From positions 32,001 through 96,000 of the IMG/VR virus record IMGVR_UViG_3300028591_000117: a stretch of 64,000 nt of DNA, one strand, 5' to 3'. Of this stretch, positions 38,765 to 48,900 are shown piece by piece. Source of the stretch: a virus. Lineage: Duplodnaviria > Caudoviricetes. The notes below the pieces were generated by a model, which was not told the origin of the DNA, did no database searches, and saw only the letters and a program-made list of their open reading frames with translations. The position numbers and the translations under genes were made by a program. Numbering within the stretch: the stretch's first letter is position 1; each line of letters starts with the position of its first letter.

Positions 38765-39130
38765 TTAACTAAAATTTCTAGTTAGCCAGAAGTAGCCAAA
38801 TAAAAGCATTGTATATCCATGGTCTTTAAATTGATTATTTATTGACAAAATAAATTGAGAATATCTATTAATACTATTGTTTACATCTTTTATAGTATCG
38901 TATTTAAATGGTACGTCTTGAATTTCAGAATAAATAATATTAAATCCATTAACTAACTTTTCTGCTGTAATACTAGGAAAAGTCTCGTTTAAAAGACTAA
39001 TTATTTTATTTTTATTTTTAATTAACTGCTTTTTATTTTTTAACTTCATTCCTATAATATCTAATATTTCTTCAAAGTGATTGTTTACTAAACTTTCACC
39101 AAATGTAAACTGTAAAGTATTATTATCCAT
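38765..39130 (-). CDS. hypothetical protein
   Basis: Start MDNN after GGAGG and the promoter motif at 39150-39160. Confidence 0.55.
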   Translation of the reverse strand: MDNNTLQFTFGESLVNNHFEEILDIIGMKLKNKKQLIKNKNKIISLLNETFPSITAEKLVNGFNIIYSEIQDVPFKYDTIKDVNNSINRYSQFILSINNQFKDHGYTMLLFGYFWLTRNFS

Positions 39131-39181
39131 ATTAGCTACCTCCATAGTATATTATATGAATTGATAGTATAATAAAAGCAA

Positions 39182-39826
39182 CTACTTAGGTTGCTTTTTA
39201 TCTACAAAGAAGTTACTTGGAAGCTCTTTAAAATCTCTTAGTTCTTTAACATTAGGAAGTTTTCCTATCTCAAGAATTTTATTTAACTTATTAGAAACAA
39301 GACAAGTTGTTTCGAAGTTTCTATCTTTAAGTCTCTTAGAGCATTTACTTATAAGTCTAAACTCTTGAATTCCTTCAGGTATTTTAGTTATTGCATCGTC
39401 ATCTTTATATCTATTTATTAAATATCCATAACAAAGAATATACCATCTTCCAAACTTCGAGTTATTAAAACATCTTTCATTTATTTCTGAAATTTTTCTA
39501 AAAACTCTTTCATTAATAATAAATAACTCTTTATCTTCTAAAGGTCTTACATAGTCATAGCTAGGAATTAACTTATTAGTTCTTATTATTTCTAAAGGTA
39601 TTGTAGCTTTAAGTACTGAGATATTTGATATCTTAGGAGGACCTAGATATACAGTATACTCATTAGTCTTTTTATTATATTTTCCTATATAAAGTATTTT
39701 AAATAAATAAGGTTTAGTAGCAAACTTCTTATTATCATATTGTTGTATTATATTTTCCATAGGAATATTTAATGTTTTTTCATTTATTTTATATTGTATA
39801 TAACTTAATTTATTTATATTTTCCAT
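39182..39826 (-). CDS. hypothetical basic protein
   Basis: ORF track; promoter motif at 39842-39852. Confidence 0.55.
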   Translation of the reverse strand: MENINKLSYIQYKINEKTLNIPMENIIQQYDNKKFATKPYLFKILYIGKYNKKTNEYTVYLGPPKISNISVLKATIPLEIIRTNKLIPSYDYVRPLEDKELFIINERVFRKISEINERCFNNSKFGRWYILCYGYLINRYKDDDAITKIPEGIQEFRLISKCSKRLKDRNFETTCLVSNKLNKILEIGKLPNVKELRDFKELPSNFFVDKKQPK

Positions 39827-39912
39827 AAACTACACCTAGTAAATTATATGAAAATAAAAAGTTCTATCTAATAATAGAACTTTAAAAATATGGAGTGAAT
39901 AGAACCTTCAAA

Positions 39913-40179
39913 TTAACCTTCAATATTAGTAGGAGTTGAAGGTTCTGTAGGTTCAGTTTCACTAGGTTCTGATAAATTATCTTGGTTTTCAGGATTAATA
40001 TTTACTAATTCTATTGCAAGACCATTAATCTCTCCATTTATATCTAAAAGTTTAGTATATACAAACTTAAAGTTTTCTGTATTATTTGCTTTCTTAATAA
40101 ACTTCTTTAAAACTAGTTGTTCATTAGCATCTGCAGTATTTAATACTAACTTTTTATTTTCTTTAAATATAGCTTTCAT
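39913..40179 (-). CDS. hypothetical protein, paralogous to the N-terminus of 50692..51303
   Basis: MKAIFKENKKLV...LLDINGEINGLAIEL vs MRALLKSSKKIV...LFDIDNELDGISLEL. Confidence 0.6.
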   Translation of the reverse strand: MKAIFKENKKLVLNTADANEQLVLKKFIKKANNTENFKFVYTKLLDINGEINGLAIELVNINPENQDNLSEPSETEPTEPSTPTNIEG

Positions 40180-40271
40180 TTGTTTAATTTCCTCCTCTTA
40201 AATAATTTATATTAGTTAAATTAAAATGACATCCAGAAGTACTCCAGAGTATCTCTGGATGTCTATTCTAA

Positions 40272-41255
40272 TTAAAGTTTCTTTAATGAACTAGCTTGAT
40301 AAAATCCTGTAGTTCCTTTTTCATTACCAACTTGATAAGGATAAGGACGACCTTTATAAACTCTTAGAATTTTACGAGTCCATCCAATACCACCAGCAGT
40401 TGGATTATCTCCATAAGAAGAAGCTTTACCATAACCAGTAATTTTTACTTTATCTCCAGCTTTTAGTTCAGTTGGAACTGGTTTTGGTGGTTCAGGTTTT
40501 GGTTCTGGAGTATATTTTGTTAATGAACTCTCATCACACCAACCTAAGTCACCAGTTGTGTTATAAGGATGAGCTGCTCCTTTAACTTTTCGAGTAACTT
40601 TAGTTCTTTTATTTCTAATAGTATTAGCAGCTTTTGAAGCATTAGAACTTACATATATAGGTCCATTTAATACTACTTCATCTCCAATATTAAATTTATC
40701 TGCTGGAGTAGGTTCAGGTCTTGGTTCTTCATCTATAATTTTCTGAACATCATCAGGTAAATAGATAAATCCTCTAAATTTATAAGCACTACCTGAGCCC
40801 CAACGACCATTACTATTATAACGATGAGCATTCCAGAAATAATTTGAGTTATATCCAGACTCAGATGTATATACATGATTATTATCATATACTTGTTCTA
40901 CAATACAAACATGTCCTGCTCCATCACTACCAGAAAGAGTAGAACCTTTTTGCCAGCACATAATAGCTCCTCTTTTTGGAGTATTACCTACTTTTAAGCC
41001 CGCTGATTTAGCTCTTTCAATCCAGTTTTCAGCATTACAGTTTAAAGTATTAAACTTATTTCCTGTAATACCTAAAGCTATTGCAATAATTTCATTAAAT
41101 CTACCATTAGCATAACCAACACAGTTAGCTAGAACATTACAGTATTGATGAGTTGGTTTACCTTGAATACAAGAGTTCCAACCACCATTAGTTTGTCTTA
41201 TGTAATGTTTATTTCCTTGTCCAGGACAACTAGTCCTTATTGAAAACTTCGACAT
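40272..41255 (-). CDS. endolysin: CHAP domain plus two SH3-like cell-wall-binding domains
   Basis: NCVGYA...NAENW...GHVCIVE...SES CHAP motifs; Pro-rich linkers. RBS favours MSKF at 41255. Confidence 0.9.
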   Translation of the reverse strand: MSKFSIRTSCPGQGNKHYIRQTNGGWNSCIQGKPTHQYCNVLANCVGYANGRFNEIIAIALGITGNKFNTLNCNAENWIERAKSAGLKVGNTPKRGAIMCWQKGSTLSGSDGAGHVCIVEQVYDNNHVYTSESGYNSNYFWNAHRYNSNGRWGSGSAYKFRGFIYLPDDVQKIIDEEPRPEPTPADKFNIGDEVVLNGPIYVSSNASKAANTIRNKRTKVTRKVKGAAHPYNTTGDLGWCDESSLTKYTPEPKPEPPKPVPTELKAGDKVKITGYGKASSYGDNPTAGGIGWTRKILRVYKGRPYPYQVGNEKGTTGFYQASSLKKL

Positions 41256-41439
41256 TCTCAACAACTCCTTCCTCAACAAGTTCATCTAAGCTGTCTTCAT
41301 TAAACGTTGTTTGAACTTCTTCGATATTTTGAGTTTCTTCTAACTTTAATTCATGTCCTTCTTGTAGAGGCATTGGTTCAGCTTCTCCAATTCCTTTATT
41401 TCCTCTAAAGAAGTTTTTAATTCTACTAAATAATCCCAT
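41230..41439 (-). CDS. small lysis-cassette protein
   Basis: Amphipathic MGLFSRIKNFF N-terminus and acidic body; lies between holin and endolysin. Confidence 0.55.
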   Translation of the reverse strand: MGLFSRIKNFFRGNKGIGEAEPMPLQEGHELKLEETQNIEEVQTTFNEDSLDELVEEGVVENVEVFNKD

Positions 41440-41442
41440 AAA

Positions 41443-41736
41443 CTATTCCTCCTTACTAAGATTTCTTAGATTTTTAACTGTTTCAAATCCTCCAGTTGAA
41501 GCCCATCCTAAAGCTAAACCACAAATAGCACAGCTTAGAATATCTTTTCCTGGAAAAATGTCAGGTATAAAAATACCTAAAAGAATACCAATAATACCTC
41601 CAATTAATGGAATTAAGTCATTATTGATAAATTTGATAGATTGTTTTATAATCATTCCAGTTACAAATGTTGCGACTGCAATAATCAATCCATCAGATAC
41701 AAATAAATTAGTTATAAAATCAAATACACCTTCCAT
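41443..41736 (-). CDS. holin
   Basis: 97 aa, three hydrophobic segments, IKQS...N.LIPLI...GWASTGGFE; upstream of the endolysin. Confidence 0.85.
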   Translation of the reverse strand: MEGVFDFITNLFVSDGLIIAVATFVTGMIIKQSIKFINNDLIPLIGGIIGILLGIFIPDIFPGKDILSCAICGLALGWASTGGFETVKNLRNLSKEE

Positions 41737-41787
41737 TTAATTCACTCCTTTCTAAAATAATATATAAAAAAAGAGCTTATATAGCTC

Positions 41788-42174
41788 TTAGTTTATTTCT
41801 AATATTTTATTTATTAAACTAGCTAAAGACTCAGTAGTATCAGCATAAACTCCTTTTACTCGTAAGTTATCAACTAGTTGAGACTTACAAGATTGAATTT
41901 CTGTTATATATGGAAGAGTATCAACATATTTTAAGTTATCTTTTTCAGATATAGCTTCTAGGTCTCCACCATAAGTTATAAATTCTAATAATCTTACTAC
42001 ATTTTTAATATCAGAAAATGTCATATTTAAAGCTCTTGGAAAAGAAGCAAATGGACTTTCATCAGTTATATAATCTCCTCCACCAATATCTTTAATAATA
42101 GTTCTTAATCTATTTTTAATTATATTTATTTCAGTTAATTTTTCTAATAACGTATTACTTTCAATATTAGCCAT
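41788..42174 (-). CDS. tail-fibre adaptor-like protein (two copies of a shared attachment module)
   Basis: Both halves resemble the N-termini of 42192..43721 and 43721..45925. Confidence 0.45.
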   Translation of the reverse strand: MANIESNTLLEKLTEINIIKNRLRTIIKDIGGGDYITDESPFASFPRALNMTFSDIKNVVRLLEFITYGGDLEAISEKDNLKYVDTLPYITEIQSCKSQLVDNLRVKGVYADTTESLASLINKILEIN

Positions 42175-42191
42175 AAATATTATTCTCCTTT

Positions 42192-43721
42192 TTAACTATT
42201 TAAACTAGCTTCATATTCTTCTACTGTTTTAACATTTGTAAGACGTGAAAACTTTGTATTAACCCAAGATTTTTGTGTAGTGTCTTTTACGATAATTAAG
42301 CAGTTGTTTGGAACACCGTATGAAGCTGAGCCGCCAAATAAGTTTTGATAATTTGTAACTGCTGTAAAGTCTAAATTTCTTATATCAATATATTCAAGTG
42401 CTTTACAGTTATAAAATAGATTACGTAAATTTACATTACTAGTTGAGTCTTTATTAAAAGCTAAATTTGATAAATCAACTCTTTTTAGTGAAGAACAACC
42501 ACTAAACATAACACTATAGTCTGCTGATTTATAAGATGAAAGATTTATAGTTCCTAGTCCTGATAAATTTAATTCTATTAATTTACTACAGCTACCAAAC
42601 ATAGCTGATGTAGAATAAAGTGTATTTGTTGTAAAATTGCCTAAGTTTAAACTTTCTAAATTACTACATGTTTCAAACATATTTATAGTACTTTTTAAAT
42701 TACTTACATCAAAATTACTAATATCTAAGCTAATTAAACTACTACAACTTCTAAACATGCCACTCATATCAGTTACATTACTAGTATTAAAATTACTTAA
42801 ATCAAGTTCTTTTAAGTTAGTACAACCATAAAACATTGAAGTCATATCAGTTACATTGCTAGTATTTAATGTAAAACCAAGTTCTTTTAAGTTTGTATTA
42901 TTCTGAAATAAACAGTAACCAGTATCTATTGTAAAACTACCAACTCTATTATTAACTAGAAAGTTTAAATCTCTTTTTGTACCTTGTGGAAATGAACCTT
43001 GAGTAATACCTGAATTAGTATAACCTTTAGAACTTGTTAAATAGTTACTTCCATTTTCATTAAGACCAATATCTGTATAACTCCAAGAACTGTTTTTATA
43101 AGAGAATAATCCACCAAAAGTTGTAATACTAACTTGCATAAATTTGCTAATGTTAGTGCTAAAGCTACTACCAAAGTTTATACTGCTAGGTAGCGTTACT
43201 GTATTACCATCAACAAGAGAAGTGCCTGTAGCCTCGTCTGTAGCTTCAAGACTTTCTCTAGTAAACGTAGCTCCATCATCATAACTAGTATAATTAACAC
43301 TTAAATGAAATGTGTCACTATAAGCATTTAAATAGAAAGAGTCAAAAGTTAAATCATAACTACCTATATAATTATTATTTGAGTCATATACTGTGCCACT
43401 TGCTTGTAAACCATCTGGAGATACAGTTTCAGGAAAAGTTATAACTGAAGCTTCAGTGCCACTTTGCCAATCTCCTATAGAAGATGTATATACTACACAC
43501 ATATCGTCTTCATTAATATTTGTTAAAGCATCTCTTTCAGCAATAGAAGCTACTCTATAAATATTTGTAGCTCCACTACTTATATTTAAAACCTCAGGAA
43601 CTAACTCAGTAAATGTTTCATTACCAGTTAGTCCTGTTATTCCTTTAGTTTCTAGATTATCAACAAAGTCTTCTCTATCTTGTTGTAATTGTTCAAGATA
43701 TTCATTAGTCGTATGGTTCAT
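42192..43721 (-). CDS. tail-associated protein with BspA/DUF285-type leucine-rich repeats
   Basis: LDLSNFNTSNVTDMSGMF..C 26-residue repeats. Confidence 0.8.
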   Translation of the reverse strand: MNHTTNEYLEQLQQDREDFVDNLETKGITGLTGNETFTELVPEVLNISSGATNIYRVASIAERDALTNINEDDMCVVYTSSIGDWQSGTEASVITFPETVSPDGLQASGTVYDSNNNYIGSYDLTFDSFYLNAYSDTFHLSVNYTSYDDGATFTRESLEATDEATGTSLVDGNTVTLPSSINFGSSFSTNISKFMQVSITTFGGLFSYKNSSWSYTDIGLNENGSNYLTSSKGYTNSGITQGSFPQGTKRDLNFLVNNRVGSFTIDTGYCLFQNNTNLKELGFTLNTSNVTDMTSMFYGCTNLKELDLSNFNTSNVTDMSGMFRSCSSLISLDISNFDVSNLKSTINMFETCSNLESLNLGNFTTNTLYSTSAMFGSCSKLIELNLSGLGTINLSSYKSADYSVMFSGCSSLKRVDLSNLAFNKDSTSNVNLRNLFYNCKALEYIDIRNLDFTAVTNYQNLFGGSASYGVPNNCLIIVKDTTQKSWVNTKFSRLTNVKTVEEYEASLNS

Positions 43722-45925
43722 TATTCACCACCTCCATTATTACTGCTCGGCGTTGCTAATGTTGAAAAAATATCTGAAATATTTTCAATATAGGTTATAT
43801 TTATGTCCATATCATCATAAGCTATTATGTTATTAGTTCCTTTAAATAAGTCTGCATCAACATTATATTCTAGGTCGATTAAATCGCTTTCTTCTAAAGG
43901 ATAAATCACATCTGGAGTATTTTCTTCAGCCCATTGTTTCCATTCTGCTAATGTTGTTATTGATGACATACCAAATGAAATCCACTTAAAAGTATTTAAT
44001 GTAGTTATTCTACCGTTTGCATTTACAGATGAGTCACCCCAATAATATTTTTTAAAATGTGTGCTCATTATTCCAGTAGACATTTTCCATACTGTATTCG
44101 TAGCAACTTCCATATCTGATAGACTAAGTCTTACATTCCATCTTTCATTTGCATAATAAGCATAATTTTCAGTACCATTTAATGTTATTCTTTTCAATTT
44201 TTTATTCAGCCAGCAATGTCCATTCTTATCAATTATGTATTTATCTTTATAATCATCTATTCCAATTATTTCATTATCTCTTAGTGGTAATGTAATTATA
44301 TTTTCTTTGTAAGCTTCGTATGATGTTGCTTGAGAACCAATTTCTAATTGGTCCTGTCCTTTACTAGATGACCAATAAGAATTGCTTATTTGAAATCCAA
44401 TATATCCATCTTGCTCAATTGTAAATGAGCTATCAAAACCTGTTACTCCACTTCCACGTGTTATTAAATTTTTATTTATATCATATACATACATTCTTTG
44501 CCAAGCACCTTTACGATAATATACTGTATTTGCTTTAACAGGAATTAAGTATTTAGAATAAGTAGAAGTATTATCAGATATTTCAACACCATTATCATTA
44601 AGTATTTTCCCTGTAACTAATTTAGACTCAAATTCATTTACATCAAACATATTTTTACCAACAATTTTCTTATATATCCAATTAGTTCCGTAAGGTACAT
44701 AAGGAAGAATATTATCTCCTTCTGTAAATAAAATATCATAATATTGTGTTTTTTCACCTAATTGTACTGGGTTTGAAGCATCATTATAAATTAAAAATCT
44801 ATAATACTTATAACCTGATACAGTCCAATTTAAACTATATTCTTGATTAACTATTGGCGTATTTTCACTAATTGTTTTTATTGTTGTAAAATCTGTTCCA
44901 TCATTTGAACCATATATTGTTATCTGTATTCTTGCATAACTACCTTCTCCAGCTACTAACTTTTTAGCTTTAAATGATAATGTATAATTTTTAGTATCAT
45001 CAAAACCATCAAATACGTATGTTGCACTTTGAGCACCTGTTGTTCCTATTGCTTCTAAGGTTATTGAATTATTTTCTATTTCATATTTTAAATGATTTTG
45101 AGGATAATAACCCGTAGGAGTATTTATATCAAATAAATTTCTATAACCTGTCACAGTCTTAATCTCTTGTGGGTATGATGGGTTAGGTGAAGGACCATTA
45201 GTATATGACTCATAATCTGTAGATGTTTCTCCTTCTTCTAATTGCCAATATAAATTAAAGTTTTGATTTGTCAAATTAGGATTTATATAAAGATAAGCAT
45301 AAGTATAAGTAGTATCAGAGCTCAATGTAGCAGTAATAGTAGTTATTTTAGTAGTACCTATAGCTTTCCAAGTATTTCCAAAGCTATTACTATCACTAGC
45401 ATAATTTGTAGTTAATAGTCTAATTGCAACATTTGCATTACTTATTACAGAGTCATTATCAGCTCTTACTGAAAGAGTATAGGTCTTATTAGTAGTAAGA
45501 GTAATATTATTTAGTAAAGGAATATAGTAATTTATAGACGTACTTGCACTATCACCTTCAAAATGTATAATACCATTTTTTATAACAATATTTTTATCTT
45601 GACTAGTATATGTTCCATCTTGTAAGCTCAGTTTATTTTTTCCATTAGTTATTGCTTGTGTACTTTCTTTACTTAATTTTATTTCATGAGCTGGTACATC
45701 TATAGCATTTTCTATAGTTATATTTTTACCAGAGGCTTCTTTTTTAGGAGAAGCCTCTTCTAAAGTTTCATATTTACTTTTTAATTTATTTATTCTTGTA
45801 TTTAAAATTGTAGGATATTCTCTAAATGAGTTATTAGTTATATTAGCTCCAGTATTATTAATTGAAGTCTTTAATAACTCTTTAGTTTCATTTAAGTAAG
45901 TTAATTTTTCACTTATTGTTCCCAT
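43721..45925 (-). CDS. tail fibre / receptor-binding protein with three carbohydrate-binding-like modules
   Basis: GKNKL, YRNLF and GKNMF module starts, each ending in QLE.G...T.YE.Y-like motifs; PSPNPSYPQEI. Confidence 0.65.
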   Translation of the reverse strand: MGTISEKLTYLNETKELLKTSINNTGANITNNSFREYPTILNTRINKLKSKYETLEEASPKKEASGKNITIENAIDVPAHEIKLSKESTQAITNGKNKLSLQDGTYTSQDKNIVIKNGIIHFEGDSASTSINYYIPLLNNITLTTNKTYTLSVRADNDSVISNANVAIRLLTTNYASDSNSFGNTWKAIGTTKITTITATLSSDTTYTYAYLYINPNLTNQNFNLYWQLEEGETSTDYESYTNGPSPNPSYPQEIKTVTGYRNLFDINTPTGYYPQNHLKYEIENNSITLEAIGTTGAQSATYVFDGFDDTKNYTLSFKAKKLVAGEGSYARIQITIYGSNDGTDFTTIKTISENTPIVNQEYSLNWTVSGYKYYRFLIYNDASNPVQLGEKTQYYDILFTEGDNILPYVPYGTNWIYKKIVGKNMFDVNEFESKLVTGKILNDNGVEISDNTSTYSKYLIPVKANTVYYRKGAWQRMYVYDINKNLITRGSGVTGFDSSFTIEQDGYIGFQISNSYWSSSKGQDQLEIGSQATSYEAYKENIITLPLRDNEIIGIDDYKDKYIIDKNGHCWLNKKLKRITLNGTENYAYYANERWNVRLSLSDMEVATNTVWKMSTGIMSTHFKKYYWGDSSVNANGRITTLNTFKWISFGMSSITTLAEWKQWAEENTPDVIYPLEESDLIDLEYNVDADLFKGTNNIIAYDDMDINITYIENISDIFSTLATPSSNNGGGE

Positions 45926-45936
45926 AATTTACCTCC

Positions 45937-48900
45937 TTAAATACTTTCACCATTTATAGCATCAAGAACTGTTCCTATATCTCCAATAGCAGCACTTATA
46001 CTGTCATCAACATATTTTTTAGCCGTTAGTTGAGTATTGTTTGTTGGAGCTGTATATGAACTTACTTTAGGTATGTCTACAAATATTTTTTCACCTCTAA
46101 AAGTTTGAGAATAAACAGTCAACATACTAGCTGCGTAATAGTTATCATAGTAATTCATTACATATTTAGTTCCATTATAGGTTACTACAAATTGTTTTAA
46201 TGAACCAGCACCATCTAAGAAAGTTCCAACAGCGTATACTTTAGATGTATCTGGATTTTCTGCAGTTACTTTATTATTTATTATAAATGAAACAACAGTT
46301 CCATTACTACCACCACCAGTATCATCAGATAAGAATTTATACATAAAGTTTATTCTATTAGTATTTGTTGGATAGTAAACACCAACATCTTTACCTTCAA
46401 ACAAGAATTCTTGTCTTGCATCAAAGTAATTAACACTAGCGCCACTAGGAATAGCTGATATACTATCATCAACATATTTTTTAGCAGCTAACTGAGTATC
46501 TTGTGTTGGAGCTGTATATGAGCTTAGTTTTGGTATTGAATAAAATGTTTTTACACCAAGATATTCTTGGTTTCCATTAGATATAGCTGTAAATAGTGTA
46601 GTTTCTCTTGGTTGTATATTTACTGTACTTGATGTTTTTACACAAGCTCCTCTGTATATTACACCAGTTGAAGACTGAATAGAGAAAGTATAACCAAGAA
46701 CTTCATTTTCATTAATATTTTCAAAATCATCTTTTAATATTATATAAAACATGTAAGCTGTTTCAAATTCAATGTTTTTAACAGTTTCAGCTTCATAACC
46801 TTTAAAATAAAAGCTAGTTACATTATTGTAAATTATATGATAAATTCCTTTTTTCTTTCCTTCAAAGACAAATGGTTCACTCTGTGATACAACACAAGTT
46901 TCTGTTGCACAATCACCACTCATACTTGCAACTAAGTCATCAACATATTTCTTTGCTGTTAATTGTGTATCTTGTGTTGGAGCGGTATATGAACTAACTT
47001 GTGGGATTGAACTAAATGTTTTAACACCAGTAATTTCTTGATTATTATATGTTATTAATCCACCTTGTAATCCAGCAGGAGCACCTATTGTTAATACTGT
47101 AGATGTTGATTTTCTTACATCAATATATGTTATTCCACCATTACTATTATTAATTGCATATCCTTTTCCAAATACTTCATTTACTTCTGCATCATCAAAA
47201 TTTTTATATATAACAAGAAATAATATATGTAATCCTAAATTTCGAGGATTGGTTAGAGACTCTTTATTATCATAATAATAGAAATAATTTATATTATAAT
47301 ACTCATATTTAGGAATATAAATTCCTGGTTCTTTAGTAAAAGCATTAAATGGACTTGTACTAGAATACTCAGTAAGTTCATAACCTATAGAAAAATTATT
47401 TTGATTTACTAAATCCCATACAGCCTTTGCACTAGCATACTGTGTATCTGTACTCGTACTATCTATTGTTGTTACTTTATTAGCAACATCTTCTTTTAAA
47501 GTATCTCGGTCATCAACATATTTTTTAGCAGTTAACTGCATATTATTAGTTGGAGCTGTGTATGAACTAACTTGTGGGATTGAACTAAATGTTTTAACAC
47601 CAGTAAAATTTTGTCTATCTCTTGTTACAAATGATATACCAATACTTTGGTATCTACCATAATTATCAAGTTTAATAAAGCCATCGCTATCTTTCAATAT
47701 TAAACGATAGTCTATACCACCAAAGGCTGTTGCACCAGGGTCATATCCAAGTACAGCATATACTACCCCAATAGTATCTCCAACTTGTGCATCATTAATA
47801 TCTTTTTCTATAATAATAAATAAGCAGTCAAGTCCCCATAAAGATTGAACAGAAGAAGACTCACTTTTTTTATAATAAAAATCACCAGTTCTACTACTAT
47901 AAGAATTTTCAAAAGACAAATTTACATAAATACCAGGTAATTTTCCATCAAAAATAAACGGATTTTTATTATCATTTGTAAATGTTTGAATATTTTTTCC
48001 TTTTGTTTTTATTAAATCGAAAACAGCTTTAGCACTTGGATATTGGTCATCTGTACTCTGGTCATCTAAACTAGTTACTTTATTAGCTATATCTTCTTTT
48101 AATGCATCTTGGTCATCAACGTATTTCTTTGGAGTTAATTGAACATCTTGTGTTGGAGCTGCATAAGTATGTAGCTCAGGAATAACTCCAAATAATTTTT
48201 TTCCTCCAATATATTGTTGTACTGATGTAAGATATCTAAAATCAGCATGTTCAGCAACACCAACTATAAGCTCATCTACATCAGGTTTTTTAGAAATTCT
48301 TGTAAATAAAAATCTATCTCCTGTATCAACACTTCCTGAAGTTGCTTGTATTCTATAACCAAGTCCCCAACCCATAGTACCTGAGCCTTCAGCAATAATT
48401 TCATCATAAGTTTTAGTAATAGCTAAATAAAGAATATACTCTGAAGTTGTGCTCGTAGCTCCAGTTGATTTTTTTGAGATATATTTAAATGTTCTATTTT
48501 TTCCATTTGGTATATATACTCCTCTAGGAGCTGTAAATAAATTTATAACTGTATTGTTATCGAACATATAAACATTATCATAAGGTAAATCAAATACTGC
48601 TTTAGCACTAGGATATTCATCATCTGTTGATAAAGCTGATAAACTAGTTACTTTATTAGCTATATCTTCTTTTAAAGCGTCTTTGTCGTCAACATATTTC
48701 TTATTAGTAAATTCAGCATCATTTGTAGGAGCTGTTGTATCTGACTGTTTTGGTATTGAATTGAATGTTTTAACTCCTCTAATATTTTGAGATTGAGAGT
48801 TAAGAGCTATCTCATCATAAGTTTTAGAATATGTTATAGATAGGCTTTGATTTTCATAAGATATTCCTATAATTTTTCTATAATACTGAGCGTTACCACT

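Noticed and set aside
41230-41285. Frameshift fusion between the 69-aa ORF and the endolysin
   Set aside because: The endolysin has its own RBS and ATG at 41255, so simple overlap explains it.
42192-43721. Diversity-generating retroelement targeting the DUF285/LRR protein
   Set aside because: No reverse transcriptase and no TR/VR pair differing at adenines seen in this window.
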